Positions 38,609 through 50,032 of a stretch of DNA of 64,000 nt are shown one piece after another. A program made the translations under genes and the position numbers. Below the pieces are notes generated by a model. The model was not told the origin of the DNA and did no database searches. It saw only the letters and a list, made by a program, of their open reading frames with translations. The DNA is taken from the NCBI GenBank assembly GCA_031835245.2, contig JAVKOQ020000028.1, positions 248,001 to 312,000 on the forward strand, read 5' to 3'. This stretch comes from Balamuthia mandrillaris (taxonomy: Eukaryota). Numbering within the stretch: position 1 is the first letter of the stretch; each line of letters begins with the position of its first letter.

Positions 38609-39184
38609 AGGGAGAGCACGAAAAAGAAAGACAGGAAAGAGGTTCACATACAATAACACTAGCATCGCCGGCAGAAGGTGAGAACGAGGGAGCACTCTGC
38701 TCGCCCACCGCTGGAAGAGAGGAAGAAGAAGAGGTGAGCGCAGAGGCAGAAAAAGAGCCCGACGAGGTCACAGCACCGCTCGGCGGCTTGGCCGTGTTGG
38801 CATCGGCGATGGCAGCCTGCAATGCCGTCATCCACTCGGAGACGAGGGCAGCGTTGGCCGCGGTCAAGGTGTAGCTGTTGTTGGTGGCGGTGCTGCTGAG
38901 TTGAAACGAGGAGGAGGGCTTCTCGACGGCCGTCACTTGGCAGCCACGCAGCTCCAAACAACCTTTCATGCCAGTGTGATGAAAGGTCGAAGTAACCGCC
39001 TTGTTTTAGTTTTGTTGGTTGGTTGAGTGGATTAGTTCGACGAGGCGTTGAAAGAAATGAATGACCGATCAAAGAAAATAAAAACCTTTTGCTCTTTGGC
39101 GAACCAGTAGAGAATGTTGTTGTGGATGACAAACCACCGCCGCTTGCCTTTCTTTTGCAGCCATCCGCTCTTTCCCTCGCCCAT
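30887..39184 (-). CDS. Five-PH-domain RhoGAP with Pro/RGG-rich tail, interrupted by a MULE transposon in PH3
   Basis: ATG at 39184 (MGEGKSGWLQKKGKRRWFV). Four further PH starts: LQKKGANRIFVL, GFLEKKGQKRWFMV, GWLRKKGKKRYFVL and GWLEKKGRKRWFML. RhoGAP motifs FGVPLEEL, EGIFRVSG (Arg finger), LKSFLREMEPPLL and KMAPSNLAIVFAPN. Stop at 30887. Confidence 0.85.
32716..32898. repeat. (AGAGAGC)n heptamer repeat, intronic
   Basis: Direct inspection. The same unit occurs inverted at ~62024-62105. Confidence 0.9.
34326..34407. repeat. Left TIR of MULE element, four ~20-nt subrepeats (TAAAnnTCCCACCCC)
   Basis: Aligns without gaps to the reverse complement of 37942-38023, about 62/82 identities by hand count. 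Confidence 0.85.
35050..37604 (-). CDS. MULE transposase with SWIM zinc finger
   Basis: DDE-type motifs VGLDSIYK..GRSWPVAF, VMIDKD, LCDFH (CxxH), FWQYFDKNWL and TNNATE. SWIM CTCPYFRYYGRRCKH. One phase-1 intron near 36320-36410. A further basic exon near 34470-34920 is possible. Confidence 0.85.
37942..38023. repeat. Right TIR of MULE element
   Basis: Reverse complement ggtagatatcccaccccacgaccataaacttcccacccc...cccctcaggtaa matches the left TIR. Confidence 0.85.
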
Positions 39185-40837
39185 GTTTGTTCCCTTGGAC
39201 TATGGACTGTGGTGTTGTTTTCCTTTATCGTGTGTAAAACTCTGATTTAATGAAAAAAAAGAGTCAGTTTGATCTATCGAAAGCAAGAGGAAACAAAAAA
39301 AAAACAAAATGTTGATGATGATTTGTTCTTGATGTGCGCAGCTCTATATTTTCTTACTCTGCTTTTTTTAATGTTTGGTTTTATATGCGGATTTCTTTGC
39401 CAGAGAGGAAGGAAAGCGGAAGAGGAAGAGGAAGGAGGAAGGAGGAAGGAGGAGAAGAAGAGGAAGGAGAGGAAGAAGAGGATGAAGAAGGAGTTTCGGA
39501 TCGAAAATGTATGTATGTATGTGGGTTTTTTTTTTTCGTTTTCTTTTTCGGATTCATTTTTTTTTTTTTGTTTGTCGAGAAATATTTCGATTTTTTTTTT
39601 TTCTGTGTTTGACGAAAGAGAAGAAGAAGCAAAAAAAAAAAAGAGAAAGAAAGAGAGGAGGGAAAGCGCACTTTTTTCTAGGCTACGAGACAAAACAACG
39701 AGTTGGATCATCACAATGAAACAAAAACATCGGTTAACGGGTAAGCGGAAGGGGCCCCTCTGAGAAGTATAGCAACAACACGACGAAACAAACAAACAAA
39801 AAAACGTACCCTCCCTGCGGTCTACCGTTAAAAGCAGTTACGGTGCCGTCTGATGCGGGGAGTCCTTGTTATTCTTTTCCTTTCTGTACTTTCTTTTGCC
39901 GGCTTTCTTCTCCACAAAAGAAAGAAAAATAACGTTAATAATGAAACCGAATATGAAATGAAAAAGAAAAGGAAAGGAATGGCCAAGCTTCTCCTTCTCC
40001 TTCTCCCTCTTCTTTTTATTTATTTCATTGGAACTCACCTCAAGCTCAAAGCGACCGCACTTCTCTTTTCCAACCGTCTACCCCCGCGCTCTTTGCTGCT
40101 TCGGCGTTTTTTCACAATTAAGTAACAGGTTACCGTGTGGGTCAACACAGGACGTAGCGCTGGCGGTGGCGTTCCTTTCTTTTGGGAGAGAGCGCGTCCA
40201 TAAGAACTGCATTTCGGCGGTTGCCGCATTCATCATTGAGGGCAGCCTCTTTTTTTTTTGTTTTGAAAACTTGAACCCAGGGCACCTGCGCAGCTACGTC
40301 TTCAGGCAGTGCTAGCATTAACGCATCGGCAATTGTAGACATTACTCCAGCAAAGACCGTACCGATCAACGCACAAGAGAAAAATTTAATCTTACTTTGT
40401 TGTCGACACGCACTATCATCCGTCGACAATTTTAATAAAATTTTGTAATAGTCCCTGTTACTTCTGAGCAGGCAGCTGGAAATGACGCTCTTGTCCACGG
40501 AAAAATGGTGCAACACATTGGACGTTTTTTTCTCTTTATCGTGGTTGTGTTGCTAGACAATTATCGGGAAATCACCGAAATTATCCTAATCGCGCCCCTT
40601 AATTGCTCACACGTTACACTCAAGTTACGAGGACTTTTCTTTGTTTGCCCCAACTTTTTTTTCTTTTTTCTTTATTTATTTTTTTTGAACAAAGAGCAAA
40701 CACGCACCCCGCCTTCTTTTTTTTCCTTGCTTCGTTCACCAACACCGACCAACAACAAAAAAAAAAACCTTTTTACTTTCCGTTTGGTTTATTATTTTGT
40801 GCTGTAACGATTCGATTATACTATAAAACACCAAAAA

Positions 40838-41405
40838 ATGAGGATGATGAGAAAGTTGTGCGGCGGCGTCTCCGTGAGCCTCCTTTGTATCGCCATGTTC
40901 GAGGCCATCTTCTGGGCCTACGCCACTCACGCCAACTTTACTTGGCCCCAAGCCTCCTCCCCCTCCGGAGACTCTCCCGCGCAGCAGGTCGAGCTCAACT
41001 TTGACCTCTTGCGCTCTTCGTTTGTTGACGGACTCGCGAAAGATGATAACGTCGATGTCGATGGAAAGGAATCCACTTCTTCACAGGTACTTTTGCTCGT
41101 TCGAGCCGCCGCCCAACACCACCAAAACGAAGAAAGAATGAGAAGAGAGGAGGAACAAGAGGAAGCACTTCAACAACAACAACAAAAACAAAAACAACAG
41201 GAAGAAGCCAAAGCCTACATCGCTCGCGAGAAGGAGACCTTTAAGAGCTTCGCCGTCGCGCATGAGAAGGACGCCAAGCAGCAGCAGCAGCAACAGCAAG
41301 AGAAGGAGCAGAGGGAGCAGCAGCGAACGGCTGGGGCGCACCACCACCACAAGCAACGTCCTCCCCTCACCAACGCTGAGAAACGCCAAATGCAACTTCA
41401 GGTTT

Positions 41406-41440
<35 letters not shown>

Positions 41441-41714
41441 GTCTTTTCGTAAGCTTTTATGCCTTTCGATTGATTCTCTGTCCCACTTTTTTTTTGTCTT
41501 ATAGCAAGAAGAGGTTAAACGAGGACAAGCCCTCGAAGAGGAAAAGACGGACCGCCGCTTTACCATCTCCAAGTTCCTGCTGGTGGACCTCTGTGTGCTG
41601 CTCTTCATCTACGGCATCGCCTTCCGCGGACAGCCCGGTGCTTCCCTTCGCCGCAGGGCGCCGTCCTTCGCGGCCGCCGCCCCAACCACCACCGTTCCTT
41701 CTGGCTTCAACTAA
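40838..41714 (+). CDS. Hypothetical membrane protein (N-terminal signal/TM, Q/E coiled coil, C-terminal TM; 2 exons)
   Basis: Hydrophobic VSVSLLCIAMFEAIFWAYA. Intron at ~41402-41503. Exon 2 QEEVKRGQ..KFLLVDLCVLLFIYGIAF..SGFN*. Confidence 0.6.
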
Positions 41715-41748
41715 CAGTGGAAGCCAACAAAGAAGGCTCGGCTGGTCG

Positions 41749-41786
<38 letters not shown>

Positions 41787-41795
41787 TCTATTTTA

Positions 41796-41828
41796 AATAT
41801 AATTGTTCTGTTCTTTCACATTGCTGTG

Positions 41829-41842
<14 letters not shown>
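41796..41842 (+). repeat. Short dispersed repeat, copy 1 (aatataattgttctgttctttcacattgctgtgccctcttc + (CT)n)
   Basis: Identical ~41-nt non-microsatellite core also at 60349. Confidence 0.8.
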
Positions 41843-41893
<51 letters not shown>

Positions 41894-41976
41894 TTCCCTG
41901 AGGAAACAAAGGATGAAAGGTAGATGGTGGGTTTTAAAAGTACAGGAACATGACTCGCCGTATTTTGTTGGTATTT

Positions 41977-43424
41977 TTACAAGGCTTGCAAGATGCCAGT
42001 GAACAACCTTCTATTCCCGTCCTTCCTCTCCGTGACGCTCAAGTGAATGGCGATCATGCTGCCATCCTTGTGCAAGCCAACCACATCTCTGCCCGTGCCA
42101 ATGACCCTCGCCTTGCCTGTCTTGAGGTACGTGGCCAAGTACTGGTCGTGGCGGTTCCTATCAGGGGCGGGCATCAGCAGGGACACGTTCTTGCCCAACA
42201 CTTGCAGTAAAGTATAGCCAAACAGCTTTTGGCAGGGCTCGTTGAAGGCGTGAATGGTGCCCTTCTCATCGATGATCACCGCAGGGATGACCAAGTTCTC
42301 AAGGACCTCCCTCTCCTGCTGCAGGATGGATTTTTCAGGCACGCTCTCCACCTCCAACTTGCGGAGAATACCCGTGAAGATGCGGTTGCCATCCATAACA
42401 CCCTCCGTGAGGCTGAGATTTACCGGCACGATGGTGCCGTCCTTGAGCTGAGCGACCACATCCCTGCCCGTGCCAATGACCTTGGGCACTCCCGTCTCCA
42501 TGTAGTTGGAGAGGTAGGTGTCATGCTGCTCTTTGAAAGGGCTAGGCATGAGCATCTTCACGTTTCTGCCCAGTACCTCCTCCCTTGCAAAGCCAAAGAA
42601 GGTCTCGGCCTGCTTGTTGAAGAAGAGGACAGTGCCCGTCTGGTTGATGACGATGGTGCAGTCCAGGATGCGCTCCAGCATGGCAAAGCCGGCGGAGGAG
42701 CTCTTGACCTGACCGCCTTGTGCCATGTCCCTGTTGCTCTCCCACATCATGCCCACAAAGAGGTGCTTGCGAGGACCCTTGGCCTCGCTGACAGAGAGCA
42801 TGATGGCCACAGTGGTGCCGTCTTTTCTCTGCCCCACCACGTGACGGCCCTTGCCCACGACGTGACGCTCTCCTGTCTTGAGGTAGTTGCGAAGGTATTG
42901 GTCGTGGTGCTCTCCGTCTGAGTTGGGCATCAGCATGGACACGTTGTGTCCGATGACCTTTTAGTTGGGGCGCAAAAGAAGGATCAGCGCAGCGGTAACG
43001 GAAAAGGAGAACTATAAGATAAAAGAAATTGTTTTACCCCCTTTCGATCGTAGCCAAACATCTTCTCGGCAGCGGCGTTGAAGTAGAGGACCTTGCCTTT
43101 CTTGTCGATGATGGCCGCCCCATTGACGAGGCTTTCCAGGATGTCAGTCTCCACGGAGGTGAGGGAGTCTTCCTGCTCAAAGGCGTGCAGCTTCAGGACG
43201 TTGCTCCGCTTCATGTCCAGCTCCGCAAGAGCGGCCTGCAGGTGGGAGGTCTTGCGAAGGACGATGAGGTCGCCCTCGCTGTCCTTGTACTTGAGGTCCA
43301 TGTGCCGCTTGAACTCCTTGCGCACGATCTTCTTCAGATCTTTGAGCCGGATGTTCCTGCCTACTTCGTCAATGAGCCGCACCTCGTTTCCCCAGTAACA
43401 TTTTACCACCAGGTTTTGTGCCAT
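41977..43424 (-). CDS. PB1 domain + three FixL-type heme-PAS domains, no output domain
   Basis: PB1 VVKCYWGNEVR...LKYKDSEGDLIVL. Three PAS repeats of the form FNxxxExxFGY/F..GxNVxxLMP..HDxYLxxYxxTG...GxGRxVV..xKDG. One intron, 42958-43037. Confidence 0.9.
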
Positions 43425-43963
43425 ACTCTATCTTTATCTTTGAGTTGCACTCCTGAATTGAGGTTTTCTTTTTTTGCGGGGGGATATTTGAGGGCGTCAC
43501 ACCACCAGCTTCAAGGAAAGACCCTTCACCACTTCCTCTTATTTCTTCGTGGTTACCCCCTAACCCCCTTCTTTCTTTCTTTTTATTTTTGTGCTATAAA
43601 GTCCCCAGCAACGTGGTATCTTAGCAACACTTTTTTTTCTAATTTGCTGAAAAGAAATGGCGAGGGAAGTAAGGGCAGGAAAAAAAGTCTCCCGGCCTCC
43701 GTGCTACTTTTGGTGCCTCCACATAGGACTGCTGTCAGAGCAAACCGTTGCGCTTGCAACAATTGGGAGTACCTAAAACCCTAACTTAAACCCTAACCTA
43801 AATAATTACGAGGAGTCAAAGGATGTTTTCCCGCCAAAAATGACCTACAAAAACCCAAACAAAGAAACGCACAAATAGAGAGAGAAGAAAGAGACTTTGG
43901 GCACGCAAGCAGCAGCAGCAGAGGAGCAAAGACGACGATTTTTTTTATTGAGTGGAGATATAT

Positions 43964-44795
43964 ATGATGAGGCACGTTGCTACTACGACTGCTGCCACGC
44001 TGGACGGCGGGGAAGAGGCCGCGGAAGAGGTACGGCCGCCGCAGCTGCCGGCCTTTTCCGGGCTGAGCCCTGAGCACGTTTGGTGGACGAACGTGTTGCT
44101 GTTGGGGTTCGACCGGGACAAAAACGAGCGGCAGCACGGCATTCCCTTTGGGCCGCACTGCTTCCAGAAGAGCAACGCCAAGGCCATGCAGGTGCTCCTC
44201 CATTTTCTCTTCCAGCACTTGCTCTCTCCCGAGAAAGCCAAAGAAGTACCTACAACCGTTCTCTCTCTTTCCTTTTTCTTTCTATTTTAACCTCTCGCTC
44301 TCTCTCTCTCTCTTGTTGAAAAAAAAAAAACAGATTTTCAGGGATTGTTGGCCGATCTACGATCAAAAGGTTCAAGGGAGGGACTTTAAGAAACACAGCT
44401 ACACCCTCTTGGCACAATTGGAGAAGGAGGGCAAACTTCCTGCCAACACCGTTCGCCTCTCTCACCTCCAAACATGCAGCGGAGAACGGTTTGTACTGGT
44501 TTTATCTTCTTTTCGTATTGTAAACGTCTCTCCCTCTCTCTCTAACGTTATTCTGCATCCTCGTAACAGCTTCAACTATATGTTGTGGCATCTGTCAACT
44601 TTAACGCTCCGTACTGTTATGGAAAGGAAACACAGCGGCTATCCTACGCCGCCCATGCCTTCCCTTCAAGCTGGACAACTGCAAAATGCCTCCATTATTA
44701 CACGTTCCACCAAAGTTGTTATCTCTTCACCTCTTCTCCTCCTCTGCTCTTGCACCTCTCTCCTTTCTCACCTCTACTTCTCCGCCTTCTTCGAT

Positions 44796-44826
<31 letters not shown>

Positions 44827-47800
44827 CATCAGATGCACATAGCACGCCAAGCGCAAATATTTGTGGACCATGCGACGAAAGCTGCAGCAGCAGAGCAACA
44901 GTGGCGCACCTTTGCAGCTGGGTTGGAAGAGGAGCACGAGCGACTCAGCCGAGATATGGTTAGACATTTTTTGTTTTGCGTGTTTGTGTTTTTTTTGTTG
45001 TATTTTAGTCTTAGTCAAGCATCGCTCTTTTATCAGAATGAAGTACGAGAGAAGCGAAAAGAGTTAAAAGAGACAGTAGAAAAGGCGGGCATAGTAACTG
45101 CCAAGGCAGAGATAGAAGAACGGTTGGTCAAGTTCCGCAACTTGTGGCACGTTCTCCAAGCTCATCACGAAAACAACGCCAAAAACAGAGGTATACCAAC
45201 ATTCTCTCCCTATTATTAACAATCTTCTATCTTTTCTCTTCTTTCTTCATTTGATGTTTCTTTTATTACTGGCTAACACCAACATAAAAACAGAACTTGC
45301 TGAAGAAATCATGGAGCACAAGACAAGAGCCAATCGTCTAAATGCTGTTGAGCTGATTCCGCTGCTCACAAAACACAACCGCACAACTCTCACCCAAAAA
45401 GACACTTTAATGGTGACGAGCTCTTGCCAACCTCTCATTGGAGACAACAAAGTAGACCTCCTCCAACTCATAAAGCTTTGGAACCTCACGTTGCGCGATC
45501 TTCAAGGAAGACTTGAAAAACTTCGAAGCAAAGCTATTCGAGACGAACAACAAAAAGAAAACGAAAGAGGTAGCGTTACGAAACGCAGAACGTTATCGCT
45601 CTGCCCTGCCTTATCCGAAGCGGAGGAACATCTTCGACAACAGCTACAAAGACACAAGAATCATTTGTCTGCTTTACGAGCTTTAAATCAACGCCTGTCA
45701 TCTGATTTGCCTGAGCTAAGACGACAAGCGGTTACGTTGCAGGATAAAGCTGCCCAACGAAGATCTCAACAGCAAAAGATGCTGAGACAATCTGCGTCCT
45801 CTCGCACCAACAGAAGGAGGTCGAACGTGTCTTCGTCTGTTGTAACCAACTCAACCCCATCCCGACCGTGAGTACCTCTTCTGTGCATTCTTTTTCTTCT
45901 GTTGTTTCCTTCGTCTTATTCATTCATTTTGTTGTTTTAGCAGCGGCACAAACCTGTGTCAACTGATACCACCAACTCCAGCTGTTGCTTCATCAAAACG
46001 ACCATCTCCCAGCGCTCTTTCTTCGCCATTCGGTCGCCATAATGGAGAAGATGGAACCGGATTAAACGTTATTGAGCCTATCACTCCTCTTCCAATAGGA
46101 AAGCACCAAGATAGCAAAACCAACAGTACCACTAGAAGCGAACAAGAACGCGTTGCCGCTTCCGTCCGCCGAAACGCTCACTACCATCAACAAAAACAAC
46201 GGCCCCAAGCTTTACCACTCCCTCTTCCTTCTTCTACTTCTTCCTCTTCTGCTTTCTGGCTGGACGACATACTGTTAGAAGAGAAGAGCGGAGGAGGCAG
46301 AGAGCAAAAGAGTATTTCGAACAACAACATTTTCTCTCCAATCAGTGCGACACACCAAACTGCAACAACAGCTCCAACTTGGGGAGAAAGAACGAAAACA
46401 AAAACAGAAGCGAAGGAAAACATAGCCTCCTCTCATCCACTCTCTCCGGTTCGAGGATTAGCATCCGAGTTTAGCACTCTCTTTAGCCCTTTAATCGGTT
46501 CTAAGTCTTGTGCTGCAAGTTCTGCTAACGCTCGTCCTTGTGATGACAAAGTGGGCGATGCTTCTCTTCCTTCCTCTTCAATCCCACCACAACTTCAACA
46601 ACATCCCCAACGAAAGAAGCAAACAGAGACGACAGCCTATGATAAAAGCACTCTCTCGTCCTCTTCTGCGCAAAACGACAACTACAGACCGAACAAGGCA
46701 CGAACGACGGTCGCAACGCATGAAAACGAACTATCCTCTTTGTCACCGGTGACAAAACGAGAAACAGCAGCTACAACAATAGATAAGAAAGAACTAGGTT
46801 TGAACGTATTGGCCAAAGACTTGGCTCGAACGTACCTCTCTATTGTGGAAGAAGAAGTTGAAGAGGAGATTTCTCCGGGTAAAGAAAATAGGACACCAAT
46901 AAGCATAGCACCATTTGGTGGTTATTCTCCCGTAGACAGAGAAGGATTTGCACCAAAAAAGGAACTGTTGCGAACTCCGTTGGTGGATGGCAAGACATCT
47001 GTACAACGTTTCAGTGACGGTGATCAGCATGAGAACTTCGATTATCAACAAGAAGACGACGTGGACGAAGAACCATACGAGGAAGAAGAGGAAACGGAAG
47101 CAGTGGAAGAAGCAGATCGCGAGGAAAATGAGTTTGATTGTTATGTGGAAGAATGTGAATATGAACAAGAAGAGGAAATAGAGCGAGGAGTAGAAGAAGA
47201 GTTCCAGGAAGTACATCAAGAAACAGAAGAACAAGAGGCGGATGAAGAAAGACTTGAGCACGAGCAGGAAGAGTTTGAAGAAAGAGATTTCGAGCAAGAA
47301 GAGTACGAAGTCGAAGAAGACCAAGAGGAGTTTGAAGGACAATATGAACAGTTTGAAGCAGAAGTAGAATATCAACAACAAGAAGAGCAAGAAGCACATG
47401 AAGAACGAGAGCAGATAGCAGAAGAGAACGAGCTTTCCTCGATAGAATCTGACGAAGAGGCTGAGCTACAGTACGAACAAGAAGTGGATGAGCTGGTCAT
47501 AAATGGACAGGAGCAAACTCCTGAAGAACTCGAGTTGTTGGCTCTTGACATGGACATTGCTCGATTGGCTAAGCTTGACGATGAGTTTGAAGCCCAACTT
47601 CGATTTTTGGAGGAGGAAGAGGAACAAAAGGATGATGGTTTAGATGATTGGGGAGACGATCTCCAACAAACCAAAGTGAATGACGACGAAGAAGAGCAAG
47701 AGGAGGAACAAAGGAGAGAAAGAGGACAATTCCCTTACGAAGATGAACTAACGGTAGAACTGCAAATGAGCATTCGCAGAGACATGAAAAAACAGATAAG

Positions 47801-48786
47801 ACGAACGATTGTTCAGCCTCGTCTTGATGACAGCTTCTTTACTTCGTCGTCCGATGATGGAATTTCCAATGAAAAAGAAGAGCGGGTAATAGAAGAAGAA
47901 AACGTACTGGAAGCTAGCAGCTTGCTGGTCGAAGAGAACGACGGAGAAGCAATTATGGAGGGTGCAAAAGAAGAGAAAGAAGAAGCAACAGAAGAAGAAA
48001 GTGAAAGGGTGAGCGATGATAGATATGACATTTCAACTTTTAGCAGTACAGCTGCAGACCAATCTCTTAGTGCTCATGACGAGTCCATTGACCTCATGTT
48101 AGGTAATTCTTTTCATTCTCCCTCCCTCGTCTCCTCCCTCTCCTTCTCTCTTTCTCTCTTTCTCTCTTTCTTTTCTAACAAAAAAGTAAACGAATGCAGA
48201 AAACGGAGGAGTGGATGATAGTTTTGCGTTATTAGGAGTGAACGATGTGGACAAACTGATGGTCAACTTTAGCATCGAACAAACGCCATTACATCACAAC
48301 AAACGAGGAACAAAAGGAGGAAGAGAAAGCTCTTTCTTCTTTCCAATGACTCCAATGGAAGAAGTTGACATCCACAAAAACAGCAACAAGCATGAAGATT
48401 TGTTGAGTGGAAAGTATCAGGCGTTTGCCCTATCAGCAAGCCCTTTCGTCTCTCTGCCTTCTTCTGCTCTTCGTCCCTCTGCCTCCATCCAACGGTTCAT
48501 CCATCAACAGCAACGGCCGTTGATAGTCAAAAACGTTAAAGACAGCAAGTTTGATTTCGGTCTTGACGAACCCACTCCCATCGTTGCTCCTTCGTCTTCC
48601 TCTTCCTCTTCAGCCTTAACCTCTGCTTCTTCCCCCTTTTCTTCTTCTTCTTCTTCTTCTCCGCTCATTGCTTCCCCTTTGGAAACGCCATTATGCCAAA
48701 CTCGTCCTTCTTTCTCTTCCTCTTCCTCTTCCTCTTCTTCTTCTCCGTCTGCAGAAGATACTTTTGTTCCACGCAAACTCTTTTAA
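43964..48786 (+). CDS. HAUS6: HAUS augmin-like complex subunit 6 (HAUS6_N domain, long acidic/low-complexity tail; multi-exon)
   Basis: TNVLLLGFD, FQKSNAKAMQVLLHFLF, FRDCWPIYD..QGRDFKK and LQTCSGERF..LWHLS match the HAUS6 N-terminal pattern. Inclusion of the 3' exons is inferred from splice sites. Confidence 0.8.
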
Positions 48787-49124
48787 AAAAACAACAACTT
48801 TTTTTTTGCTCTCCATTCAACTGTTCCTCCTTTGTTCAGCGAGAAGGCATTACTGTCCAGTTCAAATAGGTTAGCTAAGCACGCAGAACCATTGGACGTT
48901 GTTTTCGTGTGACCAAATCGCAGTCGACACGATTTCCCGAGCTACACGGCATAGTACCAATACTCTAACAGGATTGTCCACAACATTTTGCGCTTAAACG
49001 GGCGAGTATCTAGAGACATAAATTGTGCCGCACCAAGGATATAACCGGACAACCATTTAATAAACGAAAAAAAGATTGGCGTCTGCTTCACCACAGAAGA
49101 AAGAAAAGCAAACACGAAGCAAAC

Positions 49125-49806
49125 ATGTTCAAGAAGAGGCACAAAGTGAAGGTGTCTGTGGAGGTGGAACTACGGAGCGTACACCACCTCTCTTCCTCTT
49201 TGAACGGCAAAAAGGTCTTTGTGGAATGGAAGAAAGGCAAACGGAAGGACAACCAAGGCCAGAGCCGCCCCGTCGAGGTCAAGGACAAGTCCGCCGCTTG
49301 GTACGGGGAGAGCTTCAGGTTCAACAGCACGCTTGAGCAGGACCCTTCCTCCAAGAGCTTTGACACCAAGAAAGTCGCCTTCTCTTTGCTTGAGGTCAGG
49401 AGCTGGTCCTTCTTTATTCTCTTCTGCTTCTCTCATTCTCTCTTCTTTCATCTCTTCTCTGCTCTCTGCTTCCTTCTGTGCTTTTCTTTCGTTCTCTCTT
49501 GTTTCGTTCTCTCTTCTTCCGTTCTTATCTTTCTTGCTTTCTCGTTTAACACGCGGTGTTGATGGCAGGAACGAAGCAAAGGCTCGAAGAAAGTGGGAAA
49601 GGCTGTGTTAGATTTGGCCACTGTGGCCTCCTCTGATGGCGTTTCGCAGGACATGGTCCTCCAACTTGGCAGCAAGAATCCTCCTGCGCTTAAGGTTTTC
49701 TTCACTCGTCACTCTTTCACCATCCATTCTCACCCTTTGCTTCTCTCTCTGTCTCACATTCTTCTTGCTTCTGTTACGCTGCTTTTCTGCTGCTGCTGCT
49801 GCTGCT

Positions 49807-49861
<55 letters not shown>

Positions 49862-49888
49862 GTCTCTCTGTCTCTCTCTGTCTCTCTG

Positions 49889-49919
<31 letters not shown>

Positions 49920-49920
49920 G

Positions 49921-49967
<47 letters not shown>

Positions 49968-49992
49968 GTCTCTCTGTCTCTCTGTCTCTCTG

Positions 49993-50032
<40 letters not shown>

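Noticed and set aside
40035..40516. 124-aa ORF and neighbours in the RhoGAP upstream region
   Set aside because: No family motif or coding bias. May be an element relic, but unsupported.
1949..43424. Apparent clustering of Rho-related genes (pseudo-Rho/CYRI, Fic, RhoGAP, PB1) as one system
   Set aside because: Such genes are abundant in amoeboid genomes and are separated by unrelated loci. No evidence of co-regulation.
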